NCBI RefSeq assembly: GCF_000143415.4
Contig: NW_003314262.1
Coordinates: 4,772,389-4,836,388 of the forward strand
DNA length: 64,000 bases
Source of the DNA: Selaginella moellendorffii
Lineage: Eukaryota > Plantae > Lycopodiophyta
Direction of reading: 5' to 3'
A program made the position numbers and the translations under genes. The notes under the pieces were generated by a model that searched no databases, had not been told where the DNA came from, and was given only the letters and a program-made list of their open reading frames with translations. This document shows positions 1 through 11,617 of the stretch, in pieces. Every line of letters begins with the position of its first letter. The first letter of the stretch is position 1.

Positions 1-583
1 GAGCTTTCTGAGTGGATTACTACCTCTTGAGCATGGCAGTCAGATATGGGTGGGTTGCTGCTTCTTGAGCAAACTAGGTGTCCATGGTTAGCAATTTTTT
101 TAAGCAAGTATTTTTTAACTAACTATTCTATTATGTTAAGCAAGTAATAGTGGTGAGCCTTGCAATGGCATTGTGGAGCTATCTCTTTTGTGGCATCTGG
201 GAATGCTGTGGCCGCAACACCTAGGCAACTTTTGGAGCTCTTTTTCTTGATTTTGGTTTCTTTCTTAGGTAAATCTAAACTTAGTATTTTTAATTCTTCC
301 CTTTTAACTTCCTCTTTTGTAGTTCTCGTGGTTCTCCTCATGGTTCTCCTTGTGGTTCTTTGGGGTTTTCTTCTTGAGAGAAGGTACAAAATATTTTTAG
401 GATATTCTATCATCAGTTGGATTTTGTCAGCAAGCATAAAAAAAGACTTATGCTGAGCATAGAATATTTCTAGAATACTCCATGCAATTGCATTTTGTCA
501 ACATGAGCACTCATGCATACATTGCACACGGAATATTTCTAATATTCTGTCATGCAATTGTCTATATGGGGTAATAGTGAGTA

Positions 584-670
584 AGCACTCATGCTCCTAG
601 CCCACGCTAAAGTGCACTACATGCTAGGGTGAGCACTCATGCTCCCATCCCATGCTAAAGTGCGCTATAG
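584..670. repeat. short imperfect tandem duplication (~48 bp unit)
   Basis: agcactcatgctcctagcccacgctaaagtgcacta vs agcactcatgctcccatcccatgctaaagtgcgcta; the core gagcactca also recurs at ~505 and ~801. Confidence 0.7.
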
Positions 671-819
671 TTATGTTCTAATTGCATGTAAATAGTGTGT
701 GAGTGTTCATGCTTTACTTGATTAAAGTGTAATATAGATGGTAAACAACTGTAAGCTTTTGTAGTGTAATAGATGGGATAGTAAACTTTTTGTGGTGCGT
801 GAGCACTCACATAGAACAT

Positions 820-3770
820 AGTTTCATCTATAGTAGATTTGTACTTATATATTTTACAAATGTTAGACATGAGAAGGAGAAGAGTTACTGTGGCAATGGC
901 TAACCTACTTAGTAATGACCTTTATATTGCAGTTGAAAAGGTTTCTTTAGGCAGCAGCAATAGTCTCTTTGAGATTTTTTCATCAGAATCAAAGGGCTAT
1001 AAAGTGGGACAAAAGATCATATAGAATAGATAGGCAGTGGTACCTAAGATTCCCCTCTTGGCAAGGAGGGTTCCAAAAATTCCAAAAGATTGTGATGCTG
1101 AGGCAATTTTGGAATATAGAGCAAAGGCAAAGTTGGTCAATTCGAGATGATGCTAGTGATCTCATCTTTTGTAGCGAGGAGCTAAACAAGATAGACAAGT
1201 TGGTTGATAAAAAAATCTTACTTTGTTGGCATTTTGATAGAGAGGCATTTCAATTTTTTATTAATGTTGAAGGTATTTCTAAGCCAGTGGCTTTTGATCC
1301 AAAAAGCATACAACTTAGCTGTGCTAAAGAAATGATAGGATTAGATGCAATTAAATTTTGGGATACTTCATCAATAAGTGAGACTAAGCTTACAACATCA
1401 TCAAAATCAACGTTGCTGAACAATTGGAGGGATAGCTTTAAAGTGAAGATTCTTAGCCCTAACTAGTTTGCAAACTCAGTGGAACCATGTGAAGTTTCAC
1501 TAAAGGAAGCAAAAGTAGCATTCAGTAAAGTAAGAGTGGAACTAATTTGAATCAAAACTTGGAAATAAAGGTTTTTGGAAATGGTTTTGAAGGTGAAAGT
1601 GTGGATAGTGTATTAGAAGATGAAATAGTAAAGAAGAAGAAAGGAAAGCAAGGCATTGGTGAAAAAGCAATTGCAGTATTTTCAAAACATGCAATGCTTC
1701 AAAGATTGTAGAGATTGAGAAGCAATATTCTTTAATACAAAGTCTTAAGCTTGTGCATTTGCACATCTTGAAGTTTTAAGTGTTTGAGGAGCATAACTAA
1801 AGGCTACTATATGATCATTGGGTTTAAAGCTTGAAGGAAACCATCAGTGTTAATCCACAAGAACTTGATCCAGCTGTTATGGTGCCTTTCAAGATAGAAG
1901 ATGGAGTTGTGACATATATTTCTAATCCAAGGGATGTAAAATATGTCATTGATTTTAAAGACTTTGAGCAAAAGAAAAGAAGGAAAGCTAACAAAGAAGA
2001 CAATGAAAGCAATAAAGATGATGAAGGCACAAAAGATGAAGGAAAGGATATAGATTCAGGAGAAAATGAAAAAAAGGATAGTGATGATGGCATATGTTAT
2101 TATGTTATTATGTTATTTTTGGGCAATACTCTACAAAAGCACTACAAGAGCTTCTTGAAGATGAGAGCTTCCTTTCTAAGGTTCAAGAAGATCCTGAGCT
2201 GGACTTCATACTTTGCTTGTGTAGATGCAAAGTGATAAGTGGCAAGGTTGCAACCAAAGATAACATTATTAGAAAACCAACCTTCGACTCCAGAAGCAAC
2301 TGCTCAATTAGAATGGGAGAGACTTTCGTTTCGAAGTCCTTGTCTCTCACTCAACTCAAACAAGGTACAAAAGGAAAATCTTGAAGTCCCTTTTTCCAAG
2401 TAACTAGAACATATTAGAAAGGCATGGATGAATGCTGGACGTCCAGAAAAATATATAAGAGGAGGAGCTCATTGTGGAGAATGGAAGGTACAAACATATT
2501 ATTATTATCATTATTACTAATTTTATAATTTGTTATAGGACAAGTACACTTTTTCTTAAGATAGCAAAGAAGATGCAACCAATTATTTCTTGGACAATGA
2601 ATTTTTTTAAAGATGTTTGTGTCCTAAAAAATGATGATTTGAAGCTCTTAAGTTAGGAGATTCTAATGGGTAGATGTTCAGTCAAGAAAGTGGTAGGTAA
2701 AGATCAAACAAAGAAGGTTTTGAGTATGAGTGAGTTGGGGTCAAAACTTCAGGATTGAATGAATTTGATTAGTGAGTTGATCAAGTTTTGTGCTGATAAG
2801 CAGTTGAAAAGTATAATCACAAAAACCAATAGAGAATCCTTTATAAAGACTATGAAGATTTCAAATAAGGATCTTGATCTTTGGATTTTGGATGACAAAA
2901 AGCTCTTATGAATCAGACTTAAAACAAACCACCCCTTTTAGCTTGAGTTTCTTTAGCACTTCAAAGTAAAGCTAATCCTAAGGGTGGATTGATTATAGAA
3001 CTAACACCTCTATATAGAGTTTTCAACATAGATAATGATCAAAATGCTTGGCCTATATGATTAGCACAAAAAGATAATACAATCAAGCTATTAGTTATGC
3101 AGGGCTTGGTAAATTCAAGGTGAAAAATGATTGAAATGTCTTCTTGGAGTTCTCAACAACAAAAATTACAATTGCAAAGTTTTGATTTTCTATAGACACA
3201 AACAAACATTGCTAGTGTTCAACTTCCTTCAAAAGGTTAGGGTTAACGACAAGTTCAAGATTGGATGCTTTTTTAATAAGGAAGTTACAAAGGTCCCTAT
3301 AGACATGGTGGTTAGTTTTCACACTAAAGAAGAAATCCATGATAACTCAACATTAGAAGACAAGGATCTTGTTTTTAGAAAAAGGAGTTTTAGCATTCCA
3401 AATGATTGGAAAGGAATATGGTATTTTGGTGGAACTTTGCAATTAGAAATTTCTTGGTATATAGTTGAAAAGGTTCCTAAGGAGGCTTGTGTCTTGGAGT
3501 ATGGGTGCCATGCATCTATAAGTTGTAATGCTCTCGGGTTATCAAGGTATTAAGGTCATATCAAATTTGGAGGAAAACTTGCAAAAAAAATGTTAAGATG
3601 CTTAAGAAATTTGACCTTTGTCCTCTCATTTCAAAGGCAGCTCCATAAAAGTGGAAATTAGAAGAAGAGTGAGCAACTTCATCTCAGGTAGAAAGCAAAT
3701 AGAGGTTGATATCTCTAGGCTCAAAGGTGGCAATTTTAAATTCTCAGCTAAATAGCAAGTTGAGGAGAAA
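820..3770 (+). pseudogene. decayed coding-like sequence, probably transposon-associated gene remnant (identity unresolved)
   Basis: Broken same-strand ORFs (969-1466, 1831-2235, 2094-2384, 3131-3553) with many stops/frameshifts, purine-rich sense strand, CpG depletion. No confidently recognisable domain. Boundaries approximate. Confidence 0.35.
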
Positions 3771-4100
3771 AGAAAGAGAGGTAAGTACTTTTTATAACTA
3801 TTATGGGAGGTTATAATACATTTTCAATATAGATCATAAGCCTACCTCTACAGTAAATAAGATATTTAAAAAATGACAAAAGAGAGTACATGATATAGGT
3901 AAGTAATTTTTATAATTTTTATGGGAGGTTATAATACATTTTAAATACAGATCATGAGCCTAAGTCTACTACAAATGAGGTGAAAAATGACAAAAGAGAG
4001 TACATGATAAAAGTAAAAAATTCTTATAATTATTATAGGAGGTTGTAATACAAATCATAAACCTAACTTTACTGCAAATTAGGTATTTGAAAAATGACCA
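3770..4100. repeat. tandem repeat, ~3 diverged copies of a ~115 bp unit
   Basis: gtaagta..ttatgggaggttataatacattt at 3781 and 3899; aaaaatgacaaaagagagtacatgata at ~3869 and ~3983; third copy with ggaggttgtaataca and gaaaaatgacca to ~4100. Confidence 0.85.
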
Positions 4101-5800
4101 AAATAAATACAATAAATCAAGTGGAACATTTGGAGCTTTTGTTGGGTGATTACAAACTACCAAAAGAATCAGCTTGCACAAAACCACTAACAAAGTTGTT
4201 GATAACCATGATTGAAACAAAACTTAGAGTTATAGTATAAGTATCGATCAACTATGGAATCCCAATGAACTAGTTACAACTTCATATATAGTTGCTAAAT
4301 GCTTAAACCAACCTTGAAACCATAACTTTGAACCAAAGAAAAAAACTTGAAGAACCATTGTAATTCATGAAATGCCATTACAACAACTGATACCTCCCAC
4401 GTTTAAATTTGCCAGCTGATAATCCTCTAAGACCACCATTAACTCAGACTTAGGACAATAAGTAAAACAATTATCATTCTCACCTAACACTACACATAAG
4501 AGGTTAAACTCACTCTATTTATCTTTTATATCCTCCTTACCCCCTTCTTAAAGGAATTTTTTTTTTGAAGCACTAGCTCTATTCAGACTTATTGTGCTTG
4601 TCCTTATTTCATAATCCATATCATTTGTCCTCATTCCACTATTGTATTTGCTTATCCTCACTCTATTGTCAAGACCAAACTCCCATTTGTCCCTTTTACC
4701 CCCTTCGAAGAAAAAAAAGTTTGAAGTGTCAAAATAAAAAGGAAAAAATGAGAAAAATGAAGGAAAAAAAATTATGGAAGAAAAGGTGGATAAAGAAGCA
4801 TCAAAAAAGGAATTTACAATAGTTGGCAATTCAGAAATAGGAAAATCAAAAGATACACATATGCTCAAAACTTAAAAAATAAAGGACTTTCTATCATAAA
4901 ATACTTCGGCCATTATAATATAAGTAAAAAATTCACACCGCTCCACCTCTTCAATACACAATTCAACACTTGAGATAGGGAAATTAATAATAATGTCCAC
5001 ACTCTCAAGGGAATATATAAACTCCTTAACAATAACAATAAAGCAAAAGCTCTTAACGACACTCACAAGTGAGAATATGCATTCAACTTGAAACTCTGGC
5101 CAAAGTTACTTAAATATTCAATACTAGAATTGATCAAAGACCTTATTAATGAAACGAAAGCAAAATTCTCAACTTCATGCACATACTTAACATCTGGATT
5201 AGTATAAGGAGGACATAAAACACTCAACTCAACATTAGATTGAGAATGAGAATTATTAGAGTCATAAATAATCAATGTGCTAGGAGAAGAAAACACTGCA
5301 AATGAGGAGAAATACTAAGAATATAAAATGGTGGCTTAGATGAAAAAATAAGAAAAGGTTGGGAAAAAGTAGAAGGTAAAGAAAAAAGAATCAAATGACA
5401 AATTAAAGGATTAACATCTACCCAGCGAAATCTCCACTTCATCTCTAAAGTTATCTCCATAATAATCAAGCTCTTCATCACAATTTAGAATCTATTCGAG
5501 TTCATAAACATTGTCTTCCCATAAACTCAATCCTTGAACATTCTCTAAGAACTGAACTACATCATTTGTAACTCACCAATTAATGTCACAATCATGCTCC
5601 ACATAAATGAGAAATGGCAAAATACCAAGAATAGGACAAGTCGTGTAATCACATCCCATAGAAGTTGAAGATAGCAACACACCAAAGATGAGTGCAACAT
5701 CAACATGATCACATCTCACAACACTAAAATAGAGTAACATTGGCAACCTTAAATTATATACTCCTTGATCGATAATGGTGTGGCATGGTAGAAGAAGAGA
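4100..5800 (-). mobile_element. decayed retrotransposon-like remnant
   Basis: Fragmented, CpG-depleted, coding-like on the minus strand within a TE-rich block. Domain identity not resolvable by eye. Confidence 0.3.
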
Positions 5801-6171
5801 ATGCAATGAAAATTAAAAAAAGAGTAGATTTAAACATAACAATAGCTAGAATTTTAGATCTTACAAAAAGCTAATATAGATCAAATTTAAAAGAGAATGA
5901 AGAAATATAACAAAAAACACAATCCCAAACATTAGTGCAAAGCGTTACTAAAAAATTTCACCCTCCAAAGACAAATTGTAATGCCCCTCACTTCCACTAA
6001 TGTGAGTGATTGGGATATAGAAATAAGTATATTAATTGGGGTTTAGACCTTAAAAAAATGGATGGACAAAATTCAATTCCAAATGGATGGTCATATGCTA
6101 TAGTACTATAATTAGTGTATTACCTAGCTATGGTAATACCTGTATATACGTACATGTATTTATAAACTTCA

Positions 6172-7098
6172 CAACTTGAAATTAATGGATTATTAGTAGA
6201 AGAGATTAATGAAGTTGAAATGAAAAATTACAAAATGGTAATTAAATATTATAATCAGTATTTGGCAATAAGGTCATATACTATCCCATTTCTAAAATGG
6301 CTTGGATCATTTAAAAAAGATTTTTTACAACTTGGAGTTTAGTCTTGCACTTTTGAACAAGATTTATTACCATTACTAAATTATTTTACTTATGCATCAA
6401 ATACTTCAAACTTATTTACAGTGATATATGATAAAACTTATACAAAAAATATAGGAAAGGTTGTAACATGGGACAATATGAAGGAGATTTTTATAAAAGA
6501 TGAAAATTATTTAATTCAAATAGAGGATAAAATATGGAGATATAATGAACATCAAAGGATACTTATTGATAATACTTTATATCAATGAGTTACAAATAAA
6601 AGACTTTATTCTTTATATCCACTATCATATGAAATTCCTAAAGAAGATAAAGCCCTTGAAAAATTTCAAATTTTTATTATGTGAATGTTAATTGAGGATA
6701 AGGATGCAAAAGATATTTTACATGAAAATTTAAAATATAACCTTCAAAAGAGTATTTATAGAAAAAGTGATAAATGGTATATTGTATATATATTTACAAA
6801 TTCATTTATTTTTCAGAATATAAAACATCTTTACAAAAGAATGCTATATAAAAACAGTGAAGATTTTTGCAAAGACTTAGAAACATTCGTAAAAAACACT
6901 ATTCATAATTGTGGCTTCCCATTACTGAAAAACATAAGCAAATGATTTTTTGAGATGGCAAAGATAGGTATACAGCTAAAAATTATAAACCCAAAAACAA
7001 ATCTATTTTATTATTGTAATTAATATTATTTTTATGAATATTCTCAAATAAAATCTTATTTTGAGACTGTAGATTCTCCCAAATTAATGAATATATGA
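6172..7098 (+). pseudogene. decayed intronless FCP1/NIF-like HAD phosphatase-domain gene
   Basis: One frame reads QLEINGLLVEE...AIRSYTIPFLKWLG...QLGV*S...KEIFIKD...WRYNEHQRILIDNTLYQ*VTNKRLYSLYPLSY..EDKAL. This matches the FCP1-homology pattern LDLNGLL...RPY...FL.W...GVWS...NTLLIDDSPYK...NP...P..Y. In-frame stops include TGG->TAG in GVWS. Confidence 0.65.
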
Positions 7099-7119
7099 TT
7101 TAGTGATAATAATTATATC

Positions 7120-7145
7120 AAGAGGGGAAATATGGCACCCTAGAA
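7120..7145 (+). mobile_element. putative polypurine tract / LTR start junction
   Basis: aagaggggaaa followed by tatggcaccctag, resembling a mutated TGTGGCACCC gypsy-type LTR start. Another LTR-start-like motif, tgtaatgcccc, is at 5977. Confidence 0.35.
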
Positions 7146-8077
7146 AATTAATTTGCTAACACAAAGTTTTCTCTACATAGTATTAGATAACATCCTATGT
7201 AACACTTTGCAAGGCTATGAGTGTGGTATGATGACATGTAGTGAGAGATGGGAAATGAACTGTTACTGAGAGTCTACACTACCACATTTTGGGACACCAA
7301 AATAATTCAATATATTATAGTAATTTGCCCATTTATAGTAAAATTTAAAGTCTTCACCATACCTTTTCAGATTTTCCAATGCACCGGATTAGAGTTATGC
7401 CGCATTCTTGATTAAGAGTCTAAAAGTTCATACCTGATCATCAAAACATTAGTGCTGAAGGATAAAAAGTATATAAGAGCCCGTATGGCTGTAAAAGATT
7501 AACTAATTTTGGTGATTTTAGCTAGAAAGTGTATCTACCAATTTCAAACATTGTAATTTTTAAAGTGGGTAAAAATAATTGAATTGACTGAATCATAAAT
7601 TTTGTGGGATTTGTGGTCATTCTTGGAAAAAAATTGTCAAAAATTGTGAGCTACAATTCCTTCCTATACTTTGCCTTTTAAATGATCGTGGGATATCATT
7701 GGTGGTTTCGCAATGGAGTTGATCGGTGCTGTTGTTTCCAAAACTAAAGAGTAGACCACTCTCTGCAAGAACGATAGACAAACGATCTGGCTCGAGGAAG
7801 AACGATTTTGATGCTTACGCATCGCGGGAAGGAAGAACCCTAAATGCATCCACCTAGGCGCTGACGTTCAAACTATGTGGCACTGACATCTCTGTTTCCT
7901 AGGGTTTTAGAAAGCGCATTGCATTCTCGGTCGAAATCTGTGCGTTCTCGGCCAAAATCTATGCTCCGCTTGGTCAGCGCTTCTTTCTTGACAACTCTCT
8001 GCACGATTGGTTAGTTCTTTGCACGATTAGGGAATATTTCCAGGTTTTCATGGTCGATCGCGCAGCAGCAGCGCCAA

Positions 8078-8181
8078 ATGCAGGAGAGCAATGCCGCCAG
8101 GAAGATCCGCAAGCCATACACCATCACAAAGTCGCGCGAGAGCTGGACGGAGCACTACAAGTTCCTTGAGGCGCTTCAACT
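8078..8181 (+). pseudogene. orphan first exon of a REVEILLE/LHY/CCA1-like single-MYB gene
   Basis: [35 protein letters not shown] then donor GTGAGT at the conserved LQL|FDRDW intron position. Two residues are deleted versus WTEQEHDKF, and no FDRDWKKIE exon follows. Confidence 0.8.
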
Positions 8182-8990
8182 GTGAGTTCCTCTCGTCTTT
8201 TCCTTGCACAATCATGGCCAAGAAGCAAGGGCAAAGATTATAGGGTAGAGTACGTTCTTTCCCTCTCGAGCATCACCATGCTGATCTTTCTTGTAGGCTT
8301 CGAGAGCAGGGGATGGGTTTTGCCACTTCGCTTCTGGAACTACGTCTTGTCCAAGCTGGACGAGGTGAGTGTTCTGGTATCCTTCTAGACTTGTTTGATT
8401 CGGATTTTTCTTTCCAGTTGATGGCAAATGCTGCGACGACTGAGTGGGAGGATCAAGAGGAAACACTGGCACGTCTAACACGTAAGTTTTGGAGAGTTGG
8501 ATCTCTATCTTTTTTTGGAGAGTAGGAACCCAACCGTTATCCAGGATCTACGAGCTCGTGACAGAACACCCCAAGTTAACTTACTGGATCTCTTGGACGT
8601 GACCAAGATCTTGCTGGAGCTAGTCTACTCCTGGCTGCTGCTTCAGCTCGGGCGCAACGAGCAATCCCTCGTTTGGCTCGCGCGACTAGAGAGTCAAGCT
8701 CTAGCCAGCACCGCCACCACTGGATAACAGGTGGAGAAGTTTTTCTTGTTTCTCCTGGACAACTTCAATTACGAGGATCGGCCAGATCACGCTAGCTTAG
8801 CGAGGCTGAGACAAATCCACGATAGCTTGAGCAGCAGCCTGGTCAGGATCGAATGGAAGTCAACGAATGTATTGCCTGGTGTCCTCCAGATGCTCGAGGT
8901 ACTGTGAGTTCATCAGACGTGGTGTCCAAACTCTTTTTTCTTTGTCCTTCTAGGAGCTCATGATACCCTGTCGACGCGAGTGAGCTCCTC
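8182..8990 (+). pseudogene. GC-rich exon/intron fragments of an unidentified gene
   Basis: Short exon-like blocks with GT-AG boundaries (e.g. ...YVLSKLDE|gtgagt; ...ETLARLT|gtaag; EKFFLFLLDNFNYEDRPDH...VLQMLE|gtac). No complete ORF. Confidence 0.4.
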
Positions 8991-9607
8991 GGCCGCCCTT
9001 GTCCACACCTTCTGTGAAAAATTGTAATAGCAATCTGAAAAATGACCAACTCAATTCCAACAAAAAAATCCAGAAAGATTACTCCAACAAGAAAAGTGGG
9101 GTGGTAAAATTTTGGCCACCAGATATCATTGAACACTATTTGAAGTGGTGAAATCATGGTTATTGTGGATGAAAATTTTCCATAAATTTTTTAAAAATCA
9201 CGGTCAAAAGCCGGCAGTGTCTGAGTCCCTCTGGTCTTCAGTTTTGGAGTGGAAAGATAACCATTCCATTGTTGTATTGAACATATGTATGGATAACAAC
9301 CAACTTTGGAGAGTACTACAAGCTTCAGATTCTCATAAACCATGTGATCCAGCTGTGACTTTCACCCCAAATTTTTTTGAAGGGTGACGTTTTTTCTTTC
9401 TTTTGAAGGGTCACTTTAAGAGTTTATTAAAAGATATAGTCTTCAAAGTGTAAAATACAATCAAATTTAATATTTTTTATAAGCATAAATATAATAGATT
9501 AGTATAGATACACATAATGCGTATAGTACAAATTGAGAGAGTGCTTTAAATAACAGTGTTATTGATCCTAGTCTAGCTACAACCAAGTTTTGGAAATCGA
9601 TCAGGGA

Positions 9608-11617
9608 TCAAGCTGTATCAGCCTTGAATCCCAGCTTCATAGCTCTAAACGTCGAGCCATCTGGGACGCAGCTGTTGTCCATCATCTCCACAAGAACGTC
9701 CCAGGCAGGCCCAACTTTGGCACCACCACACAGCACCTTGACCAGAGCATTGTAAGCCAGAGCATCGGGAGTGATTCCCATCCTCGGCATGTCTCTAAGG
9801 AGCTGCGTCGCCTCGTCCATCCTGTCCGCCATTGCCAAAGCTTGAATGAGGCTCGTGCAGCTCGGACAGTCGGGAACCACGCCGTTGTCAACCATCTCTG
9901 TGAAGACATCGATGGCCTCGTCTGCACGTCCCGCCTTTCCAAGCCCGTGGATCAAAGTCCGATACGAGACGATTGTCGGAACGATCCCGTCTCTCTCTCG
10001 CATCTCCCTGAGCACCAGCCGAGCATCCGCAGTCTGGCCCAGCTTGCAGAGCCCGAGCATGAGGATGTTATAAGTCACGATGCTCGGCATCACCATCTTG
10101 CGCAGCATCGTGTCGTAAACGTTGATCGCCTCCCTCGCTCGGTTCACCCCCAGGAATCCATCCATGAGCGAGTTGTAGATGTGGCAGTTTGCTTCCAGTC
10201 CCGCTGCGTCCATGATCTCTACGACTTTGCACGCTGCTTGCATCTTGCCTTGCTTGCAGAAGTGGCTGACGATCATGCCATAAGTACGAGTATCCGGGAC
10301 ATATCCTTGCTGGACCATGGCTTCAAACATCTCTTGTGCTTCATCGTTTCGTCTCACGTAAAACAGCCCATGGATGAGATTTGTGTAGCACCTTACATCC
10401 AGAGTCACTCCCTTCTTCACCATCTCGTCCTTCAAAGCCAAGGCCTCCTCGATCTTCCCTTCCAAAACATAGCCCCCGAAGATACAGTGAAGCACCTCTG
10501 CGGCACACATCTTTCCCATCTCACGGACAAGCTTTCCAGCTTCTTCCACTCGGCCGTTCTTGCAAAGACCACTGATGAAAGAAGTGTAAGTCACCTCCGT
10601 CGGCTTCATCCCCCTAGAGACGATCTCCTGGAGGAGCTTCCGTGCCTCGTCCATCATGCTCGCTTTAGACAATCCATCCACCAAGCTCGTGTAAACAATA
10701 ATGTCTGGCTTCCACCCCTTGCGATTCATCTCCTGAAACACCTCACAAGCTCTGTTCAGCTTCCCAGCCTTGCAAAGCCCCGTGATGACGACCGTGAAAG
10801 TCCTTAGATCCGGGTCACACTTCCTCGCCACCATTCTCTCAAAGCAGGCAATTGCTTGATCGGGTCTGTGAGCTTTGAAGAGCGCGTTGATGATGGCAGT
10901 GTAAGCCACCACGCACTGGCTCCCGGAAGAGCTCATCTCCTCGAAGAGTTCGCAAGCTACATCGATCCTGCCCGAGTCTGCCAATCCCATGATCAAAGTC
11001 GTGTAAGAAACCACGTCTAAGTCCGACCTTGGAGACACCGAGTGGAAGTAACTTAGCGCTTGATCCAACCTCCGTTCTCTCGCACAGAGCATTGAGGAGG
11101 ATCCCGTGGGTGACTTGGCTCTTCTTGATGCCAAGAGCCTCCATCTCTTTAAGAAGCTCGTAAGCCCGCGAGAATCTCCCCGCCAAGGCACAGCCCCCGG
11201 ATCAACAATGTTGTAGGACGCCACATCGAGCATGATCGCCTTCTTCTTCTTCGCGAGGGATAGCGATTCGTGCGCATCGTCCAGCCGCCCTCCGCGCACC
11301 AATGCCGAAAGAAGGGCATTGTATGTGAACCTGTCGTGGGCGAATCCCTGCCGGGTCGCTGCCCAGTCGAAGAATCTCTGTGCCAGGGCGCCGCATTTGA
11401 CCCTGCCGAGGACGTCGCGGAAGGTATCCCTGGTGAGCCCCGGGAAATCGAAGCGCCGATCGAGCAGCGCGGCCACATTGGTACCTGGATTCGCCGCGGC
11501 GGCGTCGAGAATGGGGAGGAGAGCCCGGACGTGGTGGGGATTCGCAAAGGGAAGCTTGGTGCTGCTGGACGGCGATATTATGAGAGATCGCTTCTGGACA
11601 AGGAACAAGCTCCTCAT
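9608..11617 (-). CDS. P-class pentatricopeptide repeat protein (contains three compensating +1 frameshifts)
   Basis: Tandem 35-aa PPR motifs (DVVSYTTLIMGLADSGRIDVACELFEEM, PDLRTFTVVITGLCKAGKLNRACEVFQEM). First ATG 11617 (MRSLFLVQKR, transit-peptide-like). Segment ~11075-11210 is out of PPR frame. Confidence 0.9.
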   Translation of the reverse strand: MRSLFLVQKRSLIISPSSSTKLPFANPHHVRALLPILDAAAANPGTNVAALLDRRFDFPGLTRDTFRDVLGRVKCGALAQRFFDWAATRQGFAHDRFTYNALLSALVRGGRLDDAHESLSLAKKKKAIMLDVASYNIVDPGAVPWRGDSRGLTSFLKRWRLLASRRAKSPTGSSSMLCARERRLDQALSYFHSVSPRSDLDVVSYTTLIMGLADSGRIDVACELFEEMSSSGSQCVVAYTAIINALFKAHRPDQAIACFERMVARKCDPDLRTFTVVITGLCKAGKLNRACEVFQEMNRKGWKPDIIVYTSLVDGLSKASMMDEARKLLQEIVSRGMKPTEVTYTSFISGLCKNGRVEEAGKLVREMGKMCAAEVLHCIFGGYVLEGKIEEALALKDEMVKKGVTLDVRCYTNLIHGLFYVRRNDEAQEMFEAMVQQGYVPDTRTYGMIVSHFCKQGKMQAACKVVEIMDAAGLEANCHIYNSLMDGFLGVNRAREAINVYDTMLRKMVMPSIVTYNILMLGLCKLGQTADARLVLREMRERDGIVPTIVSYRTLIHGLGKAGRADEAIDVFTEMVDNGVVPDCPSCTSLIQALAMADRMDEATQLLRDMPRMGITPDALAYNALVKVLCGGAKVGPAWDVLVEMMDNSCVPDGSTFRAMKLGFKADTA

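Noticed and set aside
123-456. Overlapping 104-aa and 98-aa ORFs
   Set aside because: Low-complexity repeat-derived sequence (ggttctc repeats) with no domain.
3770-4100. Possible CRISPR-like array (also 14800-15270)
   Set aside because: Whole units are duplicated with no unique spacers, and the context is eukaryotic.
9590-10807. 405-aa plus-strand ORF
   Set aside because: Antisense shadow of the GC-rich PPR CDS; no ATG start and no protein features.
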